Shown: positions 9,240-19,852 of the stretch, piece after piece | Layout of the letters: each line of letters opens with the position of its first letter | Numbering within the stretch: the stretch's first letter is position 1 | From: an uncultured Eubacteriales bacterium | GTDB lineage: Bacteria > Bacillota > Clostridia > Peptostreptococcales > Anaerovoracaceae | DNA length: 54,385 nucleotides | NCBI GenBank assembly: GCA_902780815.1 | Contig: CACZGY010000001.1 | Location: 1 to 54,385, forward strand | Direction: 5' to 3' | Notes under the pieces: model-generated | What the model saw: the letters and a program-made list of their open reading frames with translations, nothing else | What the model was told of the DNA's origin: nothing | Databases searched by the model: none | Made by a program: the position numbers and the translations under genes

Positions 9240-9261
9240 TAATTGAAAGGGAATCACCCAT

Positions 9262-10419
9262 ATGGCAGACAAGAGGGATTATTACGAGGTCCTCGGGGTC
9301 AATAAGGGATCATCGGATGCTGAAATCAAAAAGGCTTATCACAAGCTTGCCATGAAGTATCACCCTGACAAAAATCCCGGTGACAAGGAGGCAGAGGAGA
9401 AGTTCAAGGAAGTCAATGAGGCTTACGAAGTTCTCTCAGATCCCGACAAAAAGGACAAATATGACAGATTCGGATTTGCGGGCGTAGATCCGAACTTCGG
9501 AGCAGGCCAGGGCGGATTCGGCGGATTCGGCGGATTCGGCAACTTCGGAGGAGGCTTCGGCGGAGCCGGCATGAATTTCGATGACATATTCGATATGTTC
9601 GGAGGAATGGGCGGCGCGAGAAGATCTTCGAGAAGAGGAGGCCCGCAGAAGGGAAGAGACCTGCAGAAGACTCTCACCATAGACTTTACGGATGCGCTGT
9701 TTGGATGCAGCAAGCAGATCGAAATAGCCAAGAACGTAAAGTGCAAGACTTGCGGCGGAAGCGGAGCAAAACCGGGCACAAGCAAGAAGACCTGCGATCA
9801 GTGCGGCGGAAGCGGCCAGATCTCACAGGTAAGCAACACGCCTTTCGGAAGGTTCCAGAATGTAACTACATGCCCTAAGTGCGGAGGCACCGGGCAGATG
9901 ATAGAGACACCGTGCACCGATTGCGGAGGCACCGGAATTAACCGCAAGACCGTAAAGATCAAGGTCGATATTCCTGCCGGAGTTGATACCGACAGCATCG
10001 TGACCGTAAGAGGCCAGGGCGAGCCGGGCATCAACGGCGGACCGGACGGCGATCTCTACATCGTTGTAAATGTAAGGCCGCACAGCACTTACAAGAGAAG
10101 AGGCGACGACCTTTATCTCGACATGCCGATCACATTCGATGTTGCTGCACTCGGAGGCAAGGTGCAGGTGCCGGGGTTTGGCGAGAGCTACAGCTATACG
10201 ATCACGCCGGGCACACAGACCGGATCATCATTCAGACTCAAGGGAAAAGGCGTGCCTAACGTAAGGACAGGACGCAAGGGCGATCTGTACGTAAAGGTTA
10301 TAGTTGAGGTCCCGACGCATCTGAACCGCAAGGAAAAGAAAGCCATCGAGGAGATGGCCGGAAAGATCGGAAAAGAGGCATATCCGAAGAAGGAAAGGTT
10401 CAGTAAGCTGAAATTCTGA
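9262..10419 (+). CDS. dnaJ: molecular chaperone DnaJ
   Basis: J domain with HPD (KYHPDKN), a G/F-rich region, and four CxxCxGxG zinc motifs ([32 protein letters not shown]). Confidence 0.97.
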   Translation: MADKRDYYEVLGVNKGSSDAEIKKAYHKLAMKYHPDKNPGDKEAEEKFKEVNEAYEVLSDPDKKDKYDRFGFAGVDPNFGAGQGGFGGFGGFGNFGGGFGGAGMNFDDIFDMFGGMGGARRSSRRGGPQKGRDLQKTLTIDFTDALFGCSKQIEIAKNVKCKTCGGSGAKPGTSKKTCDQCGGSGQISQVSNTPFGRFQNVTTCPKCGGTGQMIETPCTDCGGTGINRKTVKIKVDIPAGVDTDSIVTVRGQGEPGINGGPDGDLYIVVNVRPHSTYKRRGDDLYLDMPITFDVAALGGKVQVPGFGESYSYTITPGTQTGSSFRLKGKGVPNVRTGRKGDLYVKVIVEVPTHLNRKEKKAIEEMAGKIGKEAYPKKERFSKLKF

Positions 10420-10440
10420 ATGTAATACAATTACAGAAGA

Positions 10441-10476
10441 GGCGCATCGCAAATCTCTGTGATGCGCCATTCTTAT
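10441..10476 (+). terminator. intrinsic terminator after dnaJ
   Basis: GGCGCATC (10441-10448) pairs with GATGCGCC (10461-10468), followed by ATTCTT. The U tract is weak. Confidence 0.5.
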
Positions 10477-10505
10477 ATCTAAAAAAGGGTAAAAAAGGAG
10501 CATAA

Positions 10506-12803
10506 ATGATAGTAGTACCTGTATATAACATGATACTCGCGCCTGACGCGAACATTTACTTCAACATAAATCAGGTGCGAAGGAACGCGGGCGACAAGGG
10601 CCTCGCAGTAGGAGAGAGGATTGTTCTCATAGTAGCCAGAAACAATGAGGGCTACAGAGACCTTGATCCGGAGAGTTTCTATCCGGTCGGCATTGCCGGA
10701 GAGATAAAAGAAATCAACAGCCAGGGCTATGTCGTTATTCACACGAACTATCGTGTCGATGTAGATAATATAGAGATTGGTGCTGATGATTCCATAAGAC
10801 TCACCATGACCAGAAGGAATGACATAGACGACATGAGCAGAAGCGTTGAGAAGGAAAAACTTGACGGCATGCTCGATGAGATGCGCAGATTTGCTTCAGG
10901 ATTCGAGTGGGCGGATTCTGCAGAATACTGGCTGAAACAGATTGATTCACTCGAAAGAGCTGCCTGTGTCATGTCGCCATGGATGGATATTTCGAATGCG
11001 GAAAGATATGCGATACTGGCTGAGGACAGCCGCATGAAAAGGGCCGAGCTGATTGAAGAGGCACTGTACGGCTTCATGGAAGTAGGACGCATCACAAACG
11101 AAGCGATGACATCGCAGCAGGAAGAGCATCAGAAGATGTACCGTGAGCAGGCCATAAAGCGTCAGATGGAGCATCTTCAGAAAGAGCTCGATGAGATGCA
11201 TCCGGAGAATGTGACCGACATACAGAAATTCGAGAAGAAAATTGCCGAGTCCGGCATGAACGAGACAGCCAGAAAAGAGGCAGAAAAAGTTCTCAACCGT
11301 CTTAAGCAGGAGGGCAGCCAGAGCGCTGAATCCGGGATGCTGTACGATTATCTGGATTTCGTGACAGGACTCTCATGGAAAAAGGAAGAAGCTTCTCATA
11401 TCGATCTTGACAAGGCGCGCATGGTGCTTGATGAGGATCACTTCGGCCTTAATAAGGTGAAGGACCGCATTATACAGCAGATAGCAGTCATGAATCTCAA
11501 GAAAGAGCAGTCCGGATCGATACTTCTCTTTGTTGGTGCGCCGGGAACAGGCAAGACGAGCATAGGAAAGAGCATAGCAAGGGCTCTCGGACGCGAATAC
11601 GTAAGAGTGAGCCTGGGCGGCATCCATGATGAATCAGACATACGCGGTCACCGCAGAACATATATAGGTGCGATGCCGGGCCGGATAATGGACGGTATAC
11701 ATAAGAGCGGCGTGTCAAATCCGGTAATGGTGCTTGACGAAGTAGATAAACTTTCGGCGTCATATCACGGAAGCCCTGCAAGCGCTCTTCTGGAGGTGCT
11801 GGATCCTGAGCAGAACAATACGTTTACAGATCACTATATGAACGTTCCTTACGATCTTTCAGACGTGATGTTCATATGCACTGCAAACACGACGGACACA
11901 ATCCCTGAGCCGCTTCTGAACCGTATGGAAGTCATACAGTTCAGCGGATATACCCCTATAGAAAAGCTTTCTATAGCACGTGAGCATCTGGTTCCGAAGT
12001 CTATGGAAGCTATGGGCATCGATGCAAAAATAATGGATGTTACTGATGACGCGCTGAGAAAGATCATCTCGGACTACACAATGGAAGCCGGGGTACGCGG
12101 ACTCAGAAAACGCATAGACACTCTGTGCAGGGTACTTGCAGTGAAGGTTGCAAGTGAACCGGACCGCAAGCTTGTTGTCACCCCGGATGTAGTTGACAAA
12201 GAAATAGACGCAAGACCGGTACAGCACAGCAAGATACTTCCTGAACCTAAGGCGGGTGTTGTAACCGGACTCGCATGGACGCCTGTAGGCGGTGAGATAC
12301 TCTATATCGAGACTATGTTCACAAAAGGCAAGGGTGAGACCATTATTACAGGGCAGCTTGGCGATGTCATGAAGGAATCAGCCAGGATAGCAGTAAGCCT
12401 TGTTAAGACACTCTTCCCGGACAAGGCTGAGATGTTCAGTGAGAATGATCTGCACATCCATGTTCCTGAGGGAGCAGTGCCAAAGGACGGTCCTTCTGCC
12501 GGCATAGCACTGACTACAGCGCTCTCATCGCTTGTAACAGGATGTGTGGTGGATCCGCATATAGCTATGACAGGGGAAGTAGCTCTGAGAGGTGCCGTAA
12601 CACCTATAGGAGGTCTTCCGGAAAAACTGATGGCTGCTGAACGCGCAGGCATAACAAAGGTGTTCATACCTGAAGAGAATGAATATGACCTTAAGGACGT
12701 GGCTGATGAAGTCAAGGAGAAAATTGAGATCAGAACTGTATCAAAGGTCGGAGAAGTTCTTGCTGCAGTAGGCATACTTGCCGCAACAGGAAAACCTGCA
12801 TAA
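10506..12803 (+). CDS. lon: ATP-dependent Lon protease (LonA type)
   Basis: 765 aa. N-terminal LON domain, Walker A GAPGTGKTS, Walker B VMVLDEVDK, protease serine in PKDGPSAG. Confidence 0.93.
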   Translation: MIVVPVYNMILAPDANIYFNINQVRRNAGDKGLAVGERIVLIVARNNEGYRDLDPESFYPVGIAGEIKEINSQGYVVIHTNYRVDVDNIEIGADDSIRLTMTRRNDIDDMSRSVEKEKLDGMLDEMRRFASGFEWADSAEYWLKQIDSLERAACVMSPWMDISNAERYAILAEDSRMKRAELIEEALYGFMEVGRITNEAMTSQQEEHQKMYREQAIKRQMEHLQKELDEMHPENVTDIQKFEKKIAESGMNETARKEAEKVLNRLKQEGSQSAESGMLYDYLDFVTGLSWKKEEASHIDLDKARMVLDEDHFGLNKVKDRIIQQIAVMNLKKEQSGSILLFVGAPGTGKTSIGKSIARALGREYVRVSLGGIHDESDIRGHRRTYIGAMPGRIMDGIHKSGVSNPVMVLDEVDKLSASYHGSPASALLEVLDPEQNNTFTDHYMNVPYDLSDVMFICTANTTDTIPEPLLNRMEVIQFSGYTPIEKLSIAREHLVPKSMEAMGIDAKIMDVTDDALRKIISDYTMEAGVRGLRKRIDTLCRVLAVKVASEPDRKLVVTPDVVDKEIDARPVQHSKILPEPKAGVVTGLAWTPVGGEILYIETMFTKGKGETIITGQLGDVMKESARIAVSLVKTLFPDKAEMFSENDLHIHVPEGAVPKDGPSAGIALTTALSSLVTGCVVDPHIAMTGEVALRGAVTPIGGLPEKLMAAERAGITKVFIPEENEYDLKDVADEVKEKIEIRTVSKVGEVLAAVGILAATGKPA

Positions 12804-12830
12804 CCGGCCTGAACTGTCTGAAAAGTAAAA

Positions 12831-12865
12831 AACCGGTGCATGTATGATGCGCCGGTTTTGTTTTA
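12831..12865. terminator. bidirectional terminator between lon and the convergent aminotransferase gene
   Basis: AACCGGTGCA ... TGCGCCGGTT stem flanked by A run and T run (TTTGTTTT). Confidence 0.65.
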
Positions 12866-12891
12866 CGATAATAATATATTGGGAGAACGAA

Positions 12892-14085
12892 CTATTTACC
12901 GTATTTTTCGATCAGCCGTTTGAATCCAGGCATTGAATTCTTGATCGTTTCATTGGATACACAGTACGCAAGTCTTAAATATCCAGGACATCCGAAGCCT
13001 GTACCAGGAACGATCAGGATGTTTTCTTCGAGTTTTGCCGCTTCGCTGAATGCCATATCGTCTCCGTTAGGAGCTTTCATGAACAGGTAGAACGCACCGT
13101 CAGGCTTAGCGCACTCATAGCCCATCTCCGTAAGGCCATTGTAAAGGTCGTTTCTGTTCTCGTCATATGCTACGAGGTCAGGCATGCAGTCAACGCATTC
13201 CTCAACGACTCTCTGGATAAGTGTAGGAGGGCAGACAGAACCGATCTCTCTTGCTGCGCCGGCAACTGCACTGAGTACTCCGCTGTGGTTGAAGCACTTT
13301 TCAGGAACATATACATAACCTATACGTTCGCCAGGGAGCGAGAGGCTCTTTGACCATGAATAGCATACGATAGTGTTGTCGTATACTTCAGGAATGAATG
13401 TAACGACTGCATCGCCGTAAACAAGTTCTCTGTATGGCTCGTCAGCGATGATGTATATAGGATGATCGTATTTCAGGGCCTTCTTCTTCAGGACGGCAGA
13501 AATCTTCTCAAGTGTTTCTCTAGTGTAGACAACTCCGGAAGGGTTGTTCGGAGAGTTGAGAACTACAGCTACCGTGTCATGGTCGATAGTAGCTTCGAGA
13601 GCTTCGAGGTTGATCTGGAAATCAGGAATATCCGGGTCGACTCTTTTGACCTTGCCTCCTCCGGCCTTGAAGAATACGTTGTATTCAGGGAAGTAAGGAG
13701 CGATCACAACGAAGTTGTCGTCACTCTTTGTGGTGAGTGCACATGCTACTGAAACAAGTGCCGGAGCACAGCCGCATGTCATGAAAAGATCGCTTGCTTT
13801 CGCATTTGTATTGAATCTTTTTCTGAGGTTTGCTGCGATGGCTTCTCTTGTGCTTTCAAATCCCGGAGCCATTGAATAGCCGTGCAGCAGGATGGAACTT
13901 TCTGTATCAACGAGTTTTTTGATTGTATCATTTACCTTTTTAGGAGCAGGTATGCTCGGATTGCCCAGCGAATAGTCGTAGACCTTGTCTCTTCCGAGTT
14001 TCTTTGCCTGCTCCAGTCCGTAGGCGAAGAGTTCGCGGATGATGCTAGGCGCAGTGCCGTAGCCATAATATTTTTCATTTACCAT
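12892..14085 (-). CDS. class I/II PLP-dependent aminotransferase (aspartate-aminotransferase-like)
   Basis: PLP-lysine block SWSKSLSLPGERIGY plus NSPNNPSG. I place the start at ATG 14085 (MVNEKYYG) behind AAGGAGA, not at the upstream ATG 14169 of the ORF track. Confidence 0.85.
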   Translation of the reverse strand: MVNEKYYGYGTAPSIIRELFAYGLEQAKKLGRDKVYDYSLGNPSIPAPKKVNDTIKKLVDTESSILLHGYSMAPGFESTREAIAANLRKRFNTNAKASDLFMTCGCAPALVSVACALTTKSDDNFVVIAPYFPEYNVFFKAGGGKVKRVDPDIPDFQINLEALEATIDHDTVAVVLNSPNNPSGVVYTRETLEKISAVLKKKALKYDHPIYIIADEPYRELVYGDAVVTFIPEVYDNTIVCYSWSKSLSLPGERIGYVYVPEKCFNHSGVLSAVAGAAREIGSVCPPTLIQRVVEECVDCMPDLVAYDENRNDLYNGLTEMGYECAKPDGAFYLFMKAPNGDDMAFSEAAKLEENILIVPGTGFGCPGYLRLAYCVSNETIKNSMPGFKRLIEKYGK

Positions 14086-14257
14086 AGCCGTTCTCCTTTT
14101 ATTTGTAAAAAGATTTCTGAAGGCAAAGTTTACCTTCTTTTTTATCACTATTATTGTAGCACAATGCATTGTACCTGAATGTATTTATTTCGGCCGGGAG
14201 CTCGTTATGCTAAAATGAGATGTCGGATCAGAGATCATTCAGGAAAAAGGAGAAATT

Positions 14258-15304
14258 ATGCTATTCGGACGGGAAAAAGTTGAAATACTGCACCTGCCGA
14301 CGCCTCTGGAACGTCTTGACAACGTATCAGAGGACCTCGGCATCAACGTATACTGCAAAAGAGATGACCTTACAAATCTCGCCACCGGAGGTAACAAGCT
14401 GCGTAAGCTTGAGTACTTTCTGAAAGATGCTCAGGATAAAGGGGCAACCATGCTGATCACCGAAGGAGGCGCCCAGACAAACCACGGCAGGCTGACAGCT
14501 GCTGTAGCTGCGAAATACGGCCTCAGATGTGCGATAGTCACCGAGGATGAGTATCCCGGAGAGATAAGCGCAAATCTGCTCCTGGACGGAATGCTGGGCT
14601 GTCCCGTCTACTTCGTCAAAGACATGGAGACAGGCAGACAGGCGGTAATAGACAAGTATACAGCCGAAGGTGAAAAGGTTTATTATGTTCCTATGGGCGG
14701 TTCCAATGAGATAGGAATGCTCGGTTACGTTGAATGTGCGATGGAGCTCGACAAGCAGGCCCGGGAGATGGGCATCGGCGAGGCGTCCGTTTATGTTACG
14801 GTCGGAAGTATGGGTACGTACCTCGGAATGCTGATAGGGCTGAAAGAGTGCGGATCTGCGCTCAGTCTTGTGGGCATCAATGTTTTGCCGTACGCGGAGG
14901 ATACTGCAGATGAGGTGGCCAACGAAGAGGCTCTCCGTAACGCCTTATGCGATTATTATAAGAAAGTCTGCGAAGTATTTGCCGGATACAGCGAAAGCTG
15001 GGGCATCACGCCTGATGACTTCAATATCGTAACTCATTACATACACGGAGCATATAACAATGCGGTGGATGAGGTCCGCGATGTTATGTACTATCTTGCA
15101 CGCAGGGAGGCAATAATAATAGATCCTTGCTATACAGGCAAGACCTTCGAAGCAGTAGTCGACGGAGCAAGGAACGGAAGCATAGAAAAAGGCTCTGATG
15201 TCATATTCTTGCACACCGGAGGTCTGCCTGGTATCTACACAAAACATCACAGGGTTGAGCTCGAACGTGAGCTCATGCCGTACATGCATACGAACGAATT
15301 TTAG
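14258..15304 (+). CDS. D-cysteine desulfhydrase / ACC deaminase family PLP enzyme
   Basis: 348 aa. PTPLERL and GGNKLRKLEYF (PLP-lysine motif of this family). RBS AAAGGAGA. Confidence 0.8.
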   Translation: MLFGREKVEILHLPTPLERLDNVSEDLGINVYCKRDDLTNLATGGNKLRKLEYFLKDAQDKGATMLITEGGAQTNHGRLTAAVAAKYGLRCAIVTEDEYPGEISANLLLDGMLGCPVYFVKDMETGRQAVIDKYTAEGEKVYYVPMGGSNEIGMLGYVECAMELDKQAREMGIGEASVYVTVGSMGTYLGMLIGLKECGSALSLVGINVLPYAEDTADEVANEEALRNALCDYYKKVCEVFAGYSESWGITPDDFNIVTHYIHGAYNNAVDEVRDVMYYLARREAIIIDPCYTGKTFEAVVDGARNGSIEKGSDVIFLHTGGLPGIYTKHHRVELERELMPYMHTNEF

Positions 15305-15306
15305 AG

Positions 15307-16428
15307 GTGAGCCAATTGGCTGATAAAGAAGCAAAACAAGAGATTGTAAAAAAAGAAGTAAAAAGCGTACAAAAGAAGAAGCGTTCTTATATGCTGACGC
15401 TGCAGACGATAACTGCAGTACTTATGGTGCTGTTGGTTCTGGTGGGCATTCTCAAGCTTGTGCTTTATATTGGAGGGATCTCCCGCACGAAGCTCAGCGA
15501 TGAGGGACTGGTTCATGCAGACCGCTACAAGGAATGTGTGGTGGTACACGGCATCGATGTCTCGGAGCATCAGGATGAGATAAAGTGGAAGAAGGTAAAG
15601 TCGAGCGGAGCTGATTTCGTGTTCATCCGGGCGGGATACAGGAGTGCGGAGACCGGAGAACTCAATGAAGACGCAGACTTCAGAAAAAATATAAAAAAGG
15701 CTGAAAAAGCCGGCATTGCGTGCGGAGCGTATTTCTTTTCACAGGCATTGAACGAAGCCGAAGCTGTAGAAGAAGCGGAATATCTTCTGAAACTCGTTAA
15801 ACGTTATGACATTGAAATGCCTCTGGTGATCGATTATGAATTGTACAGCGGAGGCAGACTGCAGCAGAAGGTAGAGGCAGGAGAGATGCCTGCTGCATCA
15901 ATGTATCACGATGTGGTCCTCGCGTTCTGCCGCAGGGTGGAGAAAGCAGGGTATGAATCAGCGGTCTACGCAAACTACGACATGCTGACCAACTACATGG
16001 ACTCTGCACTGCTCGACGATGAGGCAGTCATATGGGCTGCACAGTATGGGGGTGCCTGCGATGTTAAAGGCAGGTATCTTTACTGGCAGTGCGCAGAGGA
16101 TGCGGCTGTCGGCGGCATTGAAGGCAATGTGGATCACGATATCTGGTACATAGAGCCAGGCAAAGTATACAGTACTCTGGCAGAAGGTAAAAAGGACGCT
16201 GTATCTGTCGGCGAATGCAAAGTGGACTTTGAGGAAAGCAGCTATAAGCTGAGATACCACAAGGCAGAGCCGGAAGTTACCGTGACTTATGAAGATAAAA
16301 AGCTTCGCAGGGGCAAGGATTATATACTCTCTTTCGTAAAGAACACTGAGTCCGGCACCGGCTATGCCATAGTGCGCGGAAGGAACAGGTATAAAGACTG
16401 GATAGCAGTACCTTTTACGATAGATTAA
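15307..16428 (+). CDS. membrane-anchored GH25 family lysozyme (muramidase)
   Basis: N-terminal Lys-rich segment plus one TM helix. GH25 blocks GIDVSEHQ, ADFVFIRAGY and VIDYE. The start is ambiguous: GTG 15307, or TTG 15316 which sits 6 nt after AGAGGTG. Confidence 0.8.
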   Translation: MSQLADKEAKQEIVKKEVKSVQKKKRSYMLTLQTITAVLMVLLVLVGILKLVLYIGGISRTKLSDEGLVHADRYKECVVVHGIDVSEHQDEIKWKKVKSSGADFVFIRAGYRSAETGELNEDADFRKNIKKAEKAGIACGAYFFSQALNEAEAVEEAEYLLKLVKRYDIEMPLVIDYELYSGGRLQQKVEAGEMPAASMYHDVVLAFCRRVEKAGYESAVYANYDMLTNYMDSALLDDEAVIWAAQYGGACDVKGRYLYWQCAEDAAVGGIEGNVDHDIWYIEPGKVYSTLAEGKKDAVSVGECKVDFEESSYKLRYHKAEPEVTVTYEDKKLRRGKDYILSFVKNTESGTGYAIVRGRNRYKDWIAVPFTID

Positions 16429-16446
16429 AAAAGATCGGAGACAGAA

Positions 16447-17205
16447 ATGAAATTCGTCAGCTGGAACGTAAACGGCTTCAGAGCCGTTCTTAAGAAAGGA
16501 TTCGAAGAAGTATTCAGTGAGCTCGATGCGGACTTCTTCTGCCTGCAGGAGACAAAAATGCAGGAGGGTCAGGCCGATTTTCATCCGGAAGGCTATCTGG
16601 AATACTATAACTGTGCCCTGAAGAAAGGCTATTCAGGAACTGCGGTATTTGTAAAAGAATCGGCAGGAGAGCCGCTTTCAGTCGCTTACGGGATAAAGGG
16701 AGAGCATAATGATGAGGGAAGGGTGATCACACTGGAATACCCGGAGTTTTACCTCATCTGCTGTTATGTACCTAATGCACAGGACGGACTCAAACGCATA
16801 GATTACAGATGTGAGTTTGAAGATGCTATGAGAGCTTATATGAGTGAGCTAGACAAAGTAAAACCGGTGATCTACTGCGGAGACCTCAATGTTGCTCATA
16901 ATGAAATTGATCTTAAGAACCCGGGACCTAACCGGGGCAATGCCGGATTCTCTGATGAAGAGCGCGGAAAAATGACAGAGCTTCTCGGCGCGGGCTTCAC
17001 AGATACTTTCCGCTGCCTCTATCCTGATACGGTGACCTACTCATGGTGGTCATACCGCATGAAGGCCCGGGAAAGAAACGCAGGGTGGCGCATCGACTAC
17101 TTCATCATTTCAGACCGCCTTACGGATAAGCTGAAAGAGGCTGTTATACACACAGACATCTATGGCAGCGATCACTGCCCGGTATCCGTAATAATTGATC
17201 TGTAA
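16447..17205 (+). CDS. xth: exodeoxyribonuclease III (AP endonuclease)
   Basis: 252 aa. ExoIII/APE1 motifs SWNVNG, CLQETK and GSDHCPV. Confidence 0.93.
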   Translation: MKFVSWNVNGFRAVLKKGFEEVFSELDADFFCLQETKMQEGQADFHPEGYLEYYNCALKKGYSGTAVFVKESAGEPLSVAYGIKGEHNDEGRVITLEYPEFYLICCYVPNAQDGLKRIDYRCEFEDAMRAYMSELDKVKPVIYCGDLNVAHNEIDLKNPGPNRGNAGFSDEERGKMTELLGAGFTDTFRCLYPDTVTYSWWSYRMKARERNAGWRIDYFIISDRLTDKLKEAVIHTDIYGSDHCPVSVIIDL

Positions 17206-17237
17206 GAAAATACTTAAAGACAGAGGGAGAAGCCGGA

Positions 17238-17489
17238 ATGCATAAGTTTGAAACGCATGACGGGAAGAAAATAACGGTAGAAACAGATCCCGTTAATGAT
17301 GAGATCATCAGTCTTCTTACCAATACCATACCAAGGCTTTCTTATGATGAGATCCTTGACGGAGAACTCGAAAAGAGACTGAACAATACCAGTATAAGAT
17401 CGGTAAAAATATCCTCAGGTGATGATGTAAAAACGCTGATATTCAGCCTGGCGATGTTTAATGCCATTTCAAAGGCGCCGGGTACTTAA
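17238..17489 (+). CDS. hypothetical small protein (83 aa)
   Basis: Strong RBS GAGGGAGA 7 nt before the ATG, 32 nt after xth. I recognise no motif. Confidence 0.5.
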   Translation: MHKFETHDGKKITVETDPVNDEIISLLTNTIPRLSYDEILDGELEKRLNNTSIRSVKISSGDDVKTLIFSLAMFNAISKAPGT

Positions 17490-17539
17490 GCCTTCAGGAT
17501 CAGGGTGCTAAAATATTTTCTGATAATCATAAATTCTGC

Positions 17540-17568
17540 TTGTATTATAAAATGCTATGTCATATAAT
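17540..17568 (+). promoter_or_regulatory. sigma-A type promoter of rpsT
   Basis: TTGTAT (17540-17545), 17-nt spacer, TATAAT (17563-17568). Confidence 0.6.
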
Positions 17569-17615
17569 ACCCGTTGCGAATTAATGCATTAAAAAATGAA
17601 AGTGGGGTATAAATA

Positions 17616-17885
17616 ATGGCAAACATTAAATCCGCAAAGAAAAGAATCAAGGTTATCGACAAGAAGACAGCCCGCAACATCAGGGTAAAGAACCACATCA
17701 AGGAAGCTGAGAAGGCATTCCTCGCAGCGGTTGAATCCGGTGATGCAGAAGCAGCAAAGGCAGCATTCCAGCACGCTGAAAAGAAGCTGATGCAGGCAGC
17801 AGCAAAGGGTACGTTCCACAAGAACGCAGTAGCTCGTAAGATTTCCAGATTCGAGAAGAAGCTCAACGCGCTCAGCGCAAAGTAA
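17616..17885 (+). CDS. rpsT: 30S ribosomal protein S20
   Basis: 89 aa with the S20 N-terminus MANIKSAKKRIKV and a highly basic helical body. Confidence 0.95.
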   Translation: MANIKSAKKRIKVIDKKTARNIRVKNHIKEAEKAFLAAVESGDAEAAKAAFQHAEKKLMQAAAKGTFHKNAVARKISRFEKKLNALSAK

Positions 17886-17927
17886 TTCTCACCCGTCCCC
17901 ACATAGCGTATAAGTTAAATGCGCCTT

Positions 17928-17957
17928 CAGCCGGAGTGTCTCCCGGCTGTTTTTTTA
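17928..17957 (+). terminator. intrinsic terminator after rpsT
   Basis: CAGCCGG (17928-17934) pairs with CCGGCTG (17943-17949), followed by TTTTTTT. Confidence 0.75.
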
Positions 17958-18042
17958 CGCCCAAATCGGGGGAAACCCTCGTAAAAGGAGCTGTTTTTCT
18001 TTATAATTAAATGGATAATGTTCTAAAAGGAATAAGGAAAAT

Positions 18043-19851
18043 ATGAGTTATCTGGACAATATTAGAAATTTCAGCATTATAGCCCACATTGACCACGGCA
18101 AGTCAACTCTGGCTGACCGGCTGATAGAAAAAACAGGTCTGGTCGAGGCACGCGACATGAAGGAGCAGTACCTCGACAATATGGATATAGAGCGTGAACG
18201 CGGCATTACGATCAAGCTTCAGACGACCCGCCTGCAATACAGGGCTAAAGACGGTCAGGATTATATTCTCAACCTGATCGACACTCCGGGACATGTGGAC
18301 TTCAATTACGAAGTATCGCGTTCTCTGGCAGCATGTGACGGAGCTGTTCTTGTGGTGGATGCGACACAGGGGGTGGAAGCTCAGACACTTGGAAACGTAT
18401 ATCTTGCTCTTGATGAGGATCTGGAGATACTCCCGGTCCTGAATAAGATGGATCTTGATTCTGCACGTCCTGACGATGCAAGAGCAGAGATAGAAGACAT
18501 CATAGGCCTGGATGCTTCGGAGGCTCCTGAGATCTCCGCGAAGACCGGCATGGGCATCGATGAGATGCTTGAGAAGCTTATAGAAGTGATCCCGCCTCCG
18601 CAGGGAGACCCGGATGGTAAACTCAAGGCGCTCATTTTTGATTCATACTATGACAGCTATAAAGGCGTCATAATCTATACACGTATATTTGACGGAAGAG
18701 TAAAACGCGGCGACACCATACGCATGATGAATACCGGCAAGAATTACGAAGTCACGGAGGTAGGTTACTGCATTCCGGGCACTGTTCCTGCCGATGAACT
18801 CAAGGCCGGCGAGGTAGGCTATATATGCGGCAGCATCAAGCAGGTAGCCGATGCACGTGTGGGTGATACCATTACACTTGCAAACGCTCCGGCAGATGCT
18901 CCTCTCAAAGGTTATAAAAAAGCGCAGTCAATGGTCTACTGCGGAATATTCCCTGCAGAAGGAGAGAAGTACGAGAACGTTAAAGATGCCCTTGAAAAAC
19001 TGCAGGTAAATGACGCAGCATTCAATTTTGAGCCGGAGAATTCAGCGGCACTGGGCTATGGATACAGGTGCGGCTTCCTGGGACTGCTGCATATGGATGT
19101 AATAACAGAGAGGCTGGCGAGGGAGTTTGACCTCGACGTTATTACGACACTTCCTTCGGTAGTATATAAAGTAGTGATGAAGGACGGCGAAGTCCTTGAC
19201 ATACAAAATCCTTCGAATCTGCCGGCGCCTGCGCTTATCGCGCACATTGAGGAGCCTATAGTGAAGGCCGATATCATGACGCCTAATGAATATGTAGGAA
19301 GCATAATGACGCTCTGCCAGAACCGCCGCGGCAATATGATACACATGGAGTATCTGACAAAGACCAGAGTCCAGCTCCATTATGAGATGCCGCTCAACGA
19401 GGTCATTTACGACTTCTTTGATGCGCTGAAATCACGCACCAGAGGATATGCTTCGCTCGACTATGAGTTCCTGAGATATCAGCCGGCAAAGCTCGTCAAG
19501 CTGGATATTCTCCTTAACCGCGAGCCGATAGATGCTCTTTCGACCATAGTTCCTGAAGAGGAGGCAATGGCGAAGGGAAGAGGCATATGTGAAAAACTCA
19601 AGGAAATAATACCGCGCCATCAGTTCGAAGTTCCGATCCAGGCCGCAATAGGCCAGAAGATCATCGCACGAGAGACAGTAAGGGCTTACCGCAAGGACGT
19701 TCTTGCAAAGTGCTACGGCGGTGATATCACAAGGAAAAAGAAGCTCCTCGAGAAGCAGAAGGCTGGAAAGAAGAGAATGAGGCAGTTCGGTTCTGTAACT
19801 GTACCGCAGGAGGCATTCACAGAAGTCCTTAAACTCGATGACGGCAGATAA
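18043..19851 (+). CDS. lepA: translation elongation factor 4 (LepA)
   Basis: 602 aa. GTPase motifs [14 protein letters not shown] and NKMD. Long conserved C-terminal domain. Confidence 0.97.
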   Translation: MSYLDNIRNFSIIAHIDHGKSTLADRLIEKTGLVEARDMKEQYLDNMDIERERGITIKLQTTRLQYRAKDGQDYILNLIDTPGHVDFNYEVSRSLAACDGAVLVVDATQGVEAQTLGNVYLALDEDLEILPVLNKMDLDSARPDDARAEIEDIIGLDASEAPEISAKTGMGIDEMLEKLIEVIPPPQGDPDGKLKALIFDSYYDSYKGVIIYTRIFDGRVKRGDTIRMMNTGKNYEVTEVGYCIPGTVPADELKAGEVGYICGSIKQVADARVGDTITLANAPADAPLKGYKKAQSMVYCGIFPAEGEKYENVKDALEKLQVNDAAFNFEPENSAALGYGYRCGFLGLLHMDVITERLAREFDLDVITTLPSVVYKVVMKDGEVLDIQNPSNLPAPALIAHIEEPIVKADIMTPNEYVGSIMTLCQNRRGNMIHMEYLTKTRVQLHYEMPLNEVIYDFFDALKSRTRGYASLDYEFLRYQPAKLVKLDILLNREPIDALSTIVPEEEAMAKGRGICEKLKEIIPRHQFEVPIQAAIGQKIIARETVRAYRKDVLAKCYGGDITRKKKLLEKQKAGKKRMRQFGSVTVPQEAFTEVLKLDDGR

Positions 19852-19852
19852 T

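Noticed and set aside
9511-9540. Three tandem copies of GGCGGATTC
   Set aside because: They encode the [10 protein letters not shown] stretch of the DnaJ G/F linker. This is an ordinary low-complexity coding repeat, not a regulatory or CRISPR-like element.
14086-14169. 28-codon N-terminal extension of the aminotransferase ORF (MHCATIIVIKKK...)
   Set aside because: The internal ATG 14085 has a consensus AAGGAGA SD and gives a typical aminotransferase N-terminus. The extension is AT-rich promoter-like DNA. Similar trimming was applied to thrC (39992-40183), glpK, putP, hom, the glycosylase, the deoxyribonucleotidase and both hydrolase paralogs.
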